Source: an uncultured Nitrososphaerota archaeon (GTDB lineage: Archaea > Asgardarchaeota > Njordarchaeia > Njordarchaeales > Njordarchaeaceae). Taken from it: a DNA stretch of 19,412 bases. A program made the position numbers and the translations under genes. The notes below the pieces were generated by a model. That model was not told the origin of the DNA. It was given only the letters and a program-made list of their open reading frames with translations, and did no database searches. Shown here one piece after another: positions 1 through 7,824 of this stretch. The stretch is from NCBI GenBank assembly GCA_964518475.1, contig CAZFGR010000029.1:1-19412 (forward strand). Reading direction: 5' to 3'. Position 1 is the stretch's first letter. Each line of letters begins with the position of its first letter.

Positions 1-442
1 CGTAGAGAACAGTCAGCAACAAGTATTCTCGCCGCTTCTTTACCCGCTTCAGATAATGACTCGACGCCCTCCCGAGCCTGATACCGATCCCGTCCACGAT
101 CGCTAGGAGTTTTCCGCGATACCTCGTCCTTGCCAGTCTGTAAAAGGTGAGCCTTATCAATAAATCTACTGTTGCCAGGAGAGTCTCCTTCCACCTACTC
201 ACCGAGGCCGGGCTCGGCACTCTTTCCAGACCAATCCTCGCGCATACGTTGAGTCTTTTGAGATCGTCCAGTGCTCGCCTATAGCTCTAGTTGCTGAGGA
301 CTACCCATGCCAAAACAGCTACTTTGGAGGCTGTGGCATATCTCTTCGGCCCTCTCCTCTTTCTCTGCCTAAGCAGACTTCTCCTAGCCAGTTTATAAAT
401 AGCCTTAACAATTATAAACCTGCCGAGCCAACATATCTTCAT
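1..442 (-). pseudogene. IS5-family DDE transposase, N-terminal half, with in-frame TAG
   Basis: Manual translation from ATG 442: MKICWLGRF...KRRGPKRYATASKVAVLAWVVLSN*SYRRALDDL...VPSPASVSRW...LAIVDGIGIRLGRASSHYLKRV... It shows the SYR helix, the P-x-x-S HTH segment and the first catalytic Asp (IVDG). The stop is codon 52 (289-287). Confidence 0.85.
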
Positions 443-507
443 CGGGGGCGCCCTTTTTCCGATGTGGTCGCAAGTAATACGGCTATAATACCTATAAAGG
501 CGCCCCC
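440..507 (-). promoter_or_regulatory. Inverted repeats overlapping the transposase initiation region
   Basis: GGGGGCGCC (444-452) pairs with GGCGCCCCC (499-507). CATCGG (440-445, includes the start codon) pairs with CCGATG (459-464). Confidence 0.5.
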
Positions 508-560
508 CACCACAAAGCCACTAAGAAGCCATTAACTGGCAAGAACTAGGCTGAGAAAAG

Positions 561-581
561 AGATAAATTTGAAACAAAGCC
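561..581 (-). repeat. IS terminal inverted repeat (left end), 21 bp
   Basis: AGATAAATTTGAAACAAAGCC is the exact reverse complement of 19052-19072. Confidence 0.95.
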
Positions 582-591
582 AAAAGTATGA

Positions 592-897
592 TTATTCTTC
601 TAGAACACGAATTAGTTTTGGATTCTTAAGTCTAGGCCTTCCCTGAAAAACTTCAACTGTAGCTTCTAATTGGATTTTTACTGGAGTTTTTGATGGGGAA
701 AGACCAGGAATAAAATCACAGAATATGCATCCTGTATCATCCTTAAGAGTAACATCACTTCTTGTTCTCATACTAGAACGCAGAAGGTCGCAGTCTCCTC
801 CACTCCAGCCTAAGTAAGTAGCCGAGAGGACAACGCGTTGTTCAATAAATTTCTCGGGATTCTCAAGTATGTCCCTAATCTTTACCTCGGTCGACAA
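592..897 (-). CDS. Hypothetical protein, probable single OB-fold domain
   Basis: 101 aa, TTG start with GGAGG SD. The pattern IRDILENPEKF...V.LSA...TLKDDTGCI...I.LEATV is typical of OB-fold beta barrels. Confidence 0.7.
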   Translation of the reverse strand: MSTEVKIRDILENPEKFIEQRVVLSATYLGWSGGDCDLLRSSMRTRSDVTLKDDTGCIFCDFIPGLSPSKTPVKIQLEATVEVFQGRPRLKNPKLIRVLEE

Positions 898-908
898 GTA
901 GTCCCCTC

Positions 909-1085
909 CTACCTCTTCTCTAGAAATTCTTTTAACGCATTTGAGATTTCCCGTAAACTTCTCAACCCTTCAGCTATCAGACATGCCCCATCTTCGTAGA
1001 ACATACAACCAGGGTCGCAGAGGTAGAGCTCAGCACCTGATGCCGCGGATAGGAAAGGACAGATCTTTTCTTCTCTCTCAGCCAC
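909..1085 (-). CDS. Small Cys-rich hypothetical protein (putative metal binder with C-terminal helix)
   Basis: Start reassigned to GTG 1085 after a GAGGAG SD, giving 58 aa. Four Cys (CPFL...CDPGCMFY...CLIA). Ends 11 nt before the next gene's start, overlapping its SD. Confidence 0.7.
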   Translation of the reverse strand: MAEREEKICPFLSAASGAELYLCDPGCMFYEDGACLIAEGLRSLREISNALKEFLEKR

Positions 1086-1127
1086 AGCGATCTCCTCTAT
1101 CAGTAATAACTCAACCAAAAACTGTGA

Positions 1128-1147
1128 AAAAAGATATTTATCTTTTT
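1128..1147. promoter_or_regulatory. Perfect palindrome over the putative promoter of the 1085-592 operon
   Basis: AAAAAGATA-TT-TATCTTTTT. The minus strand reads GAAAAAG-ATAAATA, which is BRE/TATA-like. Confidence 0.4.
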
Positions 1148-1273
1148 CCGTAGACTTAAGGAAGGTAGAATTTTTGTCGAATATATATTCTCCATTATTT
1201 TTGTTTTATCTGAATATGATCTGCCTAAACAATAAAAAGAATGAGGATTTATAAAAAATGGCTTAAGAGTTTC

Positions 1274-2626
1274 TTACACGAATGTTATTTTATCTACTAG
1301 GATTGATGGTATTTTGCCTAATCTGATTAATCTATAATCAGAGCCTACACTAATTACATTCTTTAAGAGTTCGAAGAAGTTTCCACCCGCTGTTACGGAC
1401 TTTAATGGGTACTTTATATCTCCGTTCTCAACATAGAATGCGTTAAGGCTTGTTATTGAGAATGTTCCTCGCAGTGGATCGGTTAGGTGAGACCCCATCG
1501 TGAATCCAGCAATGTAGACTCCCTTATCTATTTCTCCTAATAATCCATGGACATCCTTGTTTGTTGTTGATTCGATCACTATATTAACTGTAGATGGCTC
1601 TGGCAGACTCTCAAAACTCCTCCTCATAGCATTTCCGGTGCTCTCTTTTCCTTCACGATATGCCGTGTAACTATCATATACAAAAGTCTTGAGGACTCCC
1701 TTATCGATTAGGACTTTCTTTGAAGTAGGGACACCCTCCATATCCACTGAGAACGTCATTAGACCTTCTGGCAATGTACCATCGTCTATTATCGTAAGTT
1801 TCTCATTAGCTACCTGCTCATTAAGCTTATTCATGAAACCACTTCTTTTTTCTTGGACATTTCTAGCATTCACATTATACGTAATTGGCCATAAGAAGTC
1901 ATCCACGACGTAGTTTTCAATAAGCATTTGACCAGAGAACGATTTCTCCAATCGCTTTCCGCCAAATATTCTTAATGCTCTTTCAGCGGCTTTCTCAGAA
2001 ACTGATAGCAATAGCTCTTCCTCGTATTTTCTGGAATTAAAAATCTCAAAGGCAGTCACAGCTTCACTATTCTTCTCAGCTTTCACAGAAGCCCAGGAGG
2101 CTATTAGAGTATAGGAGTCCCCAACCTCTACTCCTCGCGTATTAACTACAGCGAAGGATCCTACTTGTTTGGTAAGATTATAATCTATCTTTTTTATGCT
2201 TGGGTTTTTCTCAAAGCCCTTCTTTATAGATTCTTCAGCAATGTTTATTAATTCCTCAGAGCTCTTAGAAACTAATTCCTCATCGCATATTCCTCCTTTA
2301 AAAGAAGGTTTCTTGGGATCGGGTAAGTGATGGAAATCGGGATCCTCTGGACGTGTCTTAGCTATTTTAACAGCGTTTTTCGCGGTTTCGAAGATAGTGT
2401 CTTCAGAAATACTGGAAGCGGACGCGAAACCTACTCTTTTCCCAACAACAGCTCGAATGCCCACGCCGATATCAAGACCTCTTCGAGTGGTGACGTAATT
2501 CGTAATGACCCTCATGGAGAGTATATCTGTGCTAGCTAGGAAAATCTCTAATTCATCAGCTCCAAATTCTTTGGCTTTTTCAATAACTTTTAAACCGATA
2601 TCAATGAGTTTCTCTACACCAATCAT
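1274..2626 (-). CDS. pmbA: TldD/PmbA family protein, PmbA/TldE-type subunit
   Basis: GIRAVVGKRVGFAS, DDGT...DMEGVP...LIDKGVLKTFVYDSYTA...STGNA motifs. Lacks HExxxH. ATG 2626 follows an AGGTGAG SD, directly behind tldD. Confidence 0.92.
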   Translation of the reverse strand: MIGVEKLIDIGLKVIEKAKEFGADELEIFLASTDILSMRVITNYVTTRRGLDIGVGIRAVVGKRVGFASASSISEDTIFETAKNAVKIAKTRPEDPDFHHLPDPKKPSFKGGICDEELVSKSSEELINIAEESIKKGFEKNPSIKKIDYNLTKQVGSFAVVNTRGVEVGDSYTLIASWASVKAEKNSEAVTAFEIFNSRKYEEELLLSVSEKAAERALRIFGGKRLEKSFSGQMLIENYVVDDFLWPITYNVNARNVQEKRSGFMNKLNEQVANEKLTIIDDGTLPEGLMTFSVDMEGVPTSKKVLIDKGVLKTFVYDSYTAYREGKESTGNAMRRSFESLPEPSTVNIVIESTTNKDVHGLLGEIDKGVYIAGFTMGSHLTDPLRGTFSITSLNAFYVENGDIKYPLKSVTAGGNFFELLKNVISVGSDYRLIRLGKIPSILVDKITFV

Positions 2627-2635
2627 ATCACTCAC

Positions 2636-4057
2636 CTATTTTCCAAAGCTAATTATAGCTTCTTTTACAGCTAGATAAGGCCCTCCAAGACCAACTGGTA
2701 AGGGTGCTTGACCGCCTTTTCCACAACCACCTAGTATCGAGGTTTTAACGATAACGTCTTTAGAGGCTCCTATAACATTTTTCAAGAAATCTAGAATATG
2801 ACCCCTCACAACAACAGCTTTCAATGGGAACTTTATTTCGCCATTCTCGACCCAATATGCTCTATTAGCGGCGAAAGTGAAGTTACCAGTATCCTCTGTC
2901 TGGCCTCCAGCGTGTCCCTCAGCATAGACTCCCTTCTTAATCATTTCAAACAATTCTTCCTTGGTTGCGTCTCCAGCACCAAAGTAAGTATTGCGCATTC
3001 TCACAATTGGAGGGAATCTGTAATTTATGGCTCTAGCATTCCCCGTGGGAGCCATATTCATAATCTTAGCAGTGGATCTAGCATGTAGATAGCCTACTAG
3101 TATTCCTTTCTCTAAAAGAGTAACTCGCCTAGCATCTACGCCCTCATCGTCATAAGGAACCCAGAATCCGTAATTTACTGGGTCTCCTGAATCATAGATA
3201 TAGACCTGTTCTGATCCTAATTGTTGATTCAATTTACCAGCTAAAATAGATGCTCCAGTCGCTACGTAATCACCCTCAGTTAAGTGACCAAAGCTTTCAT
3301 GAGCAAGAACTCCAGAGAACTCAGGGCTAGCAATAAACGGATATTTACCACTCTCCAACGTCTTTGCTTCTAATGCCTCTCTAGCACCACGCAAAGCAGT
3401 CTTAGCAATGCTCTCTGGTCTATGCTCATCAAATAACTCAAGACCCATAGAGGCAGACATCTGTTCTCTTCCATTTCCTATCTTCCCATTTTCTCGAACC
3501 ACTACAGCGTAGAAAAGTCCCACCATTATGGGGTTCCATTGGCGCTTTAGACCCTCGCTATTCATGAAATATTTCTCGCCCCAATATTCCCCGTAAACTG
3601 TTCGAAGACTAATAACATCGTTAGACAAGACTTCTTTGATACCGCTTAAAGCTAGATCTATTTTATCTTCAAGCGAGAAATCCCGAGGGTGTTTTCTCAC
3701 ACTAGGAATTTTACCTGAGTATTCTTGAGGTTTATACTCAATGGGTTCAGAAGATATACCAGCGATTTTTGTTGAGGCCTTGGCTATTTCTACAGCGTTC
3801 TTAACAGCTTCTTTGATGCTCTCTTTATCGAGCTTTGTAGTGAATCCGTATCCCCTAGCATTCTTGAAAATAGCTGTTATCCCGATACCCACCCAGTTTA
3901 TACTCTCGACGTTCTTTACAAGATCTTTCTCAAAATGAATGTACATTCTTCTTATATTCTCGGCTCTAGACTCTATAAAGTCGGCTCCTAGTTCCATACC
4001 GTATTTTATCGCAAAGTCAAGTAAATCTAAAATGTGTTCGGAAAGTATTATTTTCAC
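2636..4057 (-). CDS. tldD: TldD metalloprotease (catalytic subunit); true start possibly ATA at 4048
   Basis: HESFGH (HExxxH), YDDEG, TGNARA, PIVRMRNTY and C-terminal CGKGGQ...G.GGP motifs. Confidence 0.95.
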   Translation of the reverse strand: MKIILSEHILDLLDFAIKYGMELGADFIESRAENIRRMYIHFEKDLVKNVESINWVGIGITAIFKNARGYGFTTKLDKESIKEAVKNAVEIAKASTKIAGISSEPIEYKPQEYSGKIPSVRKHPRDFSLEDKIDLALSGIKEVLSNDVISLRTVYGEYWGEKYFMNSEGLKRQWNPIMVGLFYAVVVRENGKIGNGREQMSASMGLELFDEHRPESIAKTALRGAREALEAKTLESGKYPFIASPEFSGVLAHESFGHLTEGDYVATGASILAGKLNQQLGSEQVYIYDSGDPVNYGFWVPYDDEGVDARRVTLLEKGILVGYLHARSTAKIMNMAPTGNARAINYRFPPIVRMRNTYFGAGDATKEELFEMIKKGVYAEGHAGGQTEDTGNFTFAANRAYWVENGEIKFPLKAVVVRGHILDFLKNVIGASKDVIVKTSILGGCGKGGQAPLPVGLGGPYLAVKEAIISFGK

Positions 4058-4095
4058 CTCCTAGTAGGATTCTCTAAAAATATTTTTATGACCCC

Positions 4096-4110
4096 GATAT
4101 AAGCATTTTG
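4096..4110 (-). promoter_or_regulatory. BRE/TATA promoter of tldD-pmbA
   Basis: Minus strand CAAAATG-CTTATAT lies about 35 nt upstream of the GGAGGTGA SD. Confidence 0.45.
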
Positions 4111-4117
4111 TATAAAG

Positions 4118-4172
4118 TAGTCAGAAAAGCCAGGGATCATCATATTTCAGTATCAGCTCCGATCATCATGAT
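4118..4172 (-). ncRNA. Archaeal box C/D guide sRNA (dual guide)
   Basis: Minus strand: C box ATGATGA (4169-4163), 12-nt guide TCGGAGCTGATA, D' CTGA (4150-4147), AAT, C' ATGATGA (4143-4137), 12-nt guide TCCCTGGCTTTT, D CTGA (4124-4121). All four boxes are perfect with canonical spacing. Intergenic, with a TATA element about 25 nt upstream. Confidence 0.93.
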
Positions 4173-4190
4173 TTCATCCAATGTATTGAA

Positions 4191-4200
4191 CATATATATG
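4191..4200 (-). promoter_or_regulatory. TATA box for the C/D sRNA
   Basis: CATATATATG is centred about 25 nt upstream of box C. Confidence 0.5.
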
Positions 4201-4250
4201 TGCAGAATGGTAAAATATTTAAATTTCTTTCAATGATATTCTCCATCTAC

Positions 4251-5420
4251 ATGAGCGATGGAGAGAGAGGATTAGAAAAGAGGATATATCTCTTAATTGG
4301 GGCATTAGTGCCAATGTCATTTAACATAGCATCGGTAGCAAGACCACTGCTAGCGGTTGCCGTGGGTGTACCAGCGGGGATCCTAGCTATAATCCCTTTA
4401 GCATCCAACATTGCTCAAGTCTTCTTTAGGCCAATATTTGGATACCTATCAGATAAGCATGGTAGAAAACTCTTCATCATTATAGCGACCCTAATATATC
4501 TAACAAGTTATCTTCTGTACTCGATAGCAACTAGTCCTATTGGTATCGTGTTAGCGAGTTTTGTTATAGGAATTGGTGTTGCGTGCTTATGGCCTTCTTT
4601 AATGGCTCTTTCGGCAGAGAATAATTCGGATGCGAGAGAAGCGGTTGGGACGCTCCTAATGCTGAGTTTTATGGGCTCATTGATAGGGTCTTTCTTCAGC
4701 GGTATAGTCGCAGAGATCTTGGGCTGGCGGAAAACGTTTCTTCTTTCAGCTACTATTACCTTAGTAGCTTTTATCATCGCTATATTTTTGAAAGAGCCAA
4801 GAATTGAGAGAGAGAATATAAGTATTCAAACGTCACTGAGGATATCCTATAATATCGCAACTAGATCCATTACTAGAGTAAACTCTGTCGGCCTAAAACC
4901 AATCCTAAACTCGTATATCCCGGTAATCTTTCTCAATTTAGGACTTTCGCAATCACTAATAGGAATGTTTCTCAGTTTAGATAGATTAGTAACAAGTATT
5001 ATGCAAAAAGTGAGTGCAAAAATATCTAAAAGAGAGTTCTTCAAACCCGCAATAATAAACTTCTCCGCATTAATAGCGTTAATGATATTCGCGTTAGTGG
5101 CGGCAGCAGAGAATCTATTTCTATCAATCGTCTCTTATCTTGCCTATTCCCTAGGCGCTAGCTTATTACCTACTTCAGAACTCGCTGAGGCTACAGAGAA
5201 AGCTGGAGAAGCGAAAGGATCTGGAGCTGGTGGTTATGGCGTAGCTCTAAGCACTACTAGGATACTGGGAAGCTCATTAGCAACTTTTGGAGGATCCTCA
5301 GAATTTATGGGACTTCCAACAACCATCTCGGCAATCGTCGTATCTACCCTTGCACTCATGATTTTAAGTTCTATCGGTCTATTTGTAAGTAAGTCACCAA
5401 GATCCGAGAGCCAAACGTAG
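4251..5420 (+). CDS. MFS transporter
   Basis: Motif A GYLSDKHGRK, GWR motif and about 12 hydrophobic segments. ATG 4251 is about 27 nt after a GTAAAATA-TTTAAAT promoter, so it is probably leaderless. The ORF-track start at 4200 lies upstream of that promoter. Confidence 0.9.
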   Translation: MSDGERGLEKRIYLLIGALVPMSFNIASVARPLLAVAVGVPAGILAIIPLASNIAQVFFRPIFGYLSDKHGRKLFIIIATLIYLTSYLLYSIATSPIGIVLASFVIGIGVACLWPSLMALSAENNSDAREAVGTLLMLSFMGSLIGSFFSGIVAEILGWRKTFLLSATITLVAFIIAIFLKEPRIERENISIQTSLRISYNIATRSITRVNSVGLKPILNSYIPVIFLNLGLSQSLIGMFLSLDRLVTSIMQKVSAKISKREFFKPAIINFSALIALMIFALVAAAENLFLSIVSYLAYSLGASLLPTSELAEATEKAGEAKGSGAGGYGVALSTTRILGSSLATFGGSSEFMGLPTTISAIVVSTLALMILSSIGLFVSKSPRSESQT

Positions 5421-5445
5421 AGATTAATCATTGAGTCCTTGGATA

Positions 5446-6156
5446 CTATAATACTTTCGTTAATTCTCTGATACTACTTATTATAAGATCCGCAACTTTC
5501 TCCTCTTCCGAGTCTGGGGTCTTTGGAGATACATAAATAGTATTTATCCCGAGTTTCTTTGCTGGTAAGATATCATTAACGATCTTGTCTCCAACCATAA
5601 CCGTTTTTTCAGGTACTGAGTTACAATGCTCTAGGATATCAAGATAATATATACTATGGGGTTTCGCCGCTCTACAGACTTCAGCTCCTGCAATGAAGCA
5701 GTAAGGATAATGATGGAGATGAATCCACTCTAAACGTTTTAGTACACCTATTTTCTTCACTATAGGATCAGTCGCTATAGCCACCTTATATCCCTGCTTA
5801 AATAGGTACTCGACGACATCTTCAGCACCTTCCACGGGGACGTATCCTTCTCTAACTAGATCAAATCTTTCTTCATAGAACTTATTAGTAACGATATCTA
5901 ATTCAGACACAGTCACTCTCAATTTTTGTGCAATGGTTTCAAGCATTTGTTCGGCAACGGTTTTCTCGAGTGTTGGATTCACTTTGACTTTAGTTACGGC
6001 GGCAAATATTGCTTCTAGAGCCTCTTTCACAGAAACGCTAAAATGTTCTGAAAGCCATTCAGCATATAACTCTGCCACGAATTTACCTAGATCACCCTTC
6101 TCAAAATGCCCAAGTGTACCGTCTAGATCTAATAATACTGTCTCAACATTTAGCAA
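5446..6156 (-). CDS. HAD-superfamily hydrolase (subfamily IA-like)
   Basis: DLDGTL motif I, AT motif II, KP motif III, GDKIVND motif IV. TTG start at 6156 after a GGGGTGGGG SD. Confidence 0.92.
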   Translation of the reverse strand: MLNVETVLLDLDGTLGHFEKGDLGKFVAELYAEWLSEHFSVSVKEALEAIFAAVTKVKVNPTLEKTVAEQMLETIAQKLRVTVSELDIVTNKFYEERFDLVREGYVPVEGAEDVVEYLFKQGYKVAIATDPIVKKIGVLKRLEWIHLHHYPYCFIAGAEVCRAAKPHSIYYLDILEHCNSVPEKTVMVGDKIVNDILPAKKLGINTIYVSPKTPDSEEEKVADLIISSIRELTKVL

Positions 6157-6261
6157 TACATCCCCACCCCCACAGGTAATTGAGAGTAAAAATATACTCT
6201 TTAATAACTCATGAAACATATTTCAGTGTTTCAATAGAAGAGAAGTTATAAAGGGTTCCTC

Positions 6262-7824
6262 ATGGTAAACTCTGTTGAAAACATCATAGTTCAGCCCCCT
6301 ATTGGTTTCGTGTTATCAGAGGCTACTGTGATAGGAATCCCCATAGCGTTTTTTTCTGGTGAAGCAGAGGTTCTTAGTAGAGAAGAAGAACTCGTGATTA
6401 TTAAGGATGATATTCATGAAAAAGCGCCCTTAATCCTGGGAGTTTTAAGACAGATTCGACGCTTAGAACCGTTTCTGAGACGATACCAGAGAGTAAGCGT
6501 GATCGATTTTCCAGAAGCTATAGATAAAGTAGAGAAACTTCCCTATACTAATGGGGTCGTAATTCCCTTAGCAGAGATTGTTCAAGAAAATAACAACTTG
6601 GTAAGTATAAGCAGAAACGTTACCTATGTACCTTTTCCAGGGGGCAAGGTCTATAGAATAAAACAAGCGGGGGTTCTTACTTATCTACTCAAGAACTTGT
6701 TGCCTCAAGAAGTGCAACCTCTAGTACTGGGCAATCACAAATACACGGAAGGACTAGAAATACCACTTGATCCGAGATACATAAAGTATCATATAGGAAT
6801 ATTCGGAGCCACTGGGATGGGAAAGTCACGATTAGTAAAAGCACTTGTAGATGAAATTTTGGAGAAAACAAATTATTCAGTCATAATATTTGACCACACG
6901 GGGATGGACTATACAACATTCTACCCAGATTCAACACTGGATTCCTTTAAAATAAAGCTGGATCCTCTTGCATTCGCGGATTGGCTGAAAGCTAAACTGA
7001 GAGCACCGCCAACTTTAGCAAGTTACTTAGAAGCGGCGGCTCCTGAAGCTTTGGAGAATATTCTACAACAAGATTTCGAGAATAGAACCAAACAACTGAC
7101 TCTAGACACGTTAATGGGTACTACGGAACAGTTACGGAAAGAGGAAATTGTTTATGAAGCATTTTTAGAAGAACTGACCAGTGTTATTAAATCCTTAGGT
7201 GCTAGGCCTCAAACAGTGAGATCCCTCGAAATACGTTACAGACTCCTTGTAAGATCTGAAGAGTTATTTAGAATGATCTTTAGAGAATACGACCCCGAAG
7301 ATGTTATTGATATGGCTTACAAGTATAAGAGTGAGAAGAAACCGCTAGTCATTGATCTCTCGCTAGAAGAGACCTTAGAGGCTAAAAGAGCTATAATTGC
7401 TGGTATTATAGAAGAGATATGGAGACGTATAACTAACGAAAGAAGACCCGTAAACATTGTGGTGGTCGTTGATGAGGCACAGAATTATGCTTGGAGAGCT
7501 GGTATTTGTGAGGAGTTACTGACGAGAATTGCTAGAGAGGGTAGGAAGTGGGGTTTTGGGTTAATCGTTGCTTCTCAAAGATTAGCTGGTAGTGTTAATA
7601 CAGATATTAGAGGAAATATTAATACTATCTTCTTCTCAAAATTGAGCCAGACCGGAGATTTAGCTGAGATCCAACAGTTCGCTGATATAACTGGTATTGA
7701 TCAATCAAATCTTGCTCAATTGATGCCTAGAGAGTTCTATGTGGCTGGTTTAATGAATCCCTTAAGAAAACCTATAGCTATAAGAGTGCGTGAGGTATTG
7801 TTACCTGGTGAGAAAGTTGGGTGA
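6262..7824 (+). CDS. herA: HerA-family ATPase/translocase (DUF87)
   Basis: N-terminal HAS-barrel-like region, HIGIFGATGMGKS Walker A, IFD, VVVVDEAQNY Walker B, REGRKWG arginine finger, ASQR. Confidence 0.92.
   Translation: MVNSVENIIVQPPIGFVLSEATVIGIPIAFFSGEAEVLSREEELVIIKDDIHEKAPLILGVLRQIRRLEPFLRRYQRVSVIDFPEAIDKVEKLPYTNGVVIPLAEIVQENNNLVSISRNVTYVPFPGGKVYRIKQAGVLTYLLKNLLPQEVQPLVLGNHKYTEGLEIPLDPRYIKYHIGIFGATGMGKSRLVKALVDEILEKTNYSVIIFDHTGMDYTTFYPDSTLDSFKIKLDPLAFADWLKAKLRAPPTLASYLEAAAPEALENILQQDFENRTKQLTLDTLMGTTEQLRKEEIVYEAFLEELTSVIKSLGARPQTVRSLEIRYRLLVRSEELFRMIFREYDPEDVIDMAYKYKSEKKPLVIDLSLEETLEAKRAIIAGIIEEIWRRITNERRPVNIVVVVDEAQNYAWRAGICEELLTRIAREGRKWGFGLIVASQRLAGSVNTDIRGNINTIFFSKLSQTGDLAEIQQFADITGIDQSNLAQLMPREFYVAGLMNPLRKPIAIRVREVLLPGEKVG

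Larger units (their letters stand above)
1..581 (-). mobile_element. Partial IS5-family element (IS903-like terminus), left part, runs off the window edge
   Basis: Terminal IR at 561-581 reads GGCTTTGTTTCAAATTTATCT on the minus strand, identical to 19052-19072. The GGCTTTGTT start resembles IS903 ends. Contains a transposase N-terminal half and is visibly more GC-rich than the flanks. Confidence 0.88.

Noticed and set aside
287-289. Pyrrolysine recoding of the transposase TAG
   Set aside because: No pyl genes are visible, and TAG is used as an ordinary stop by many genes in the window.
4449-4480. Second C/D-like motif (ATGATGA...CTGA) antisense to the MFS gene
   Set aside because: The spacer is 21 nt, there is no C'/D pair, and it lies inside a coding region.
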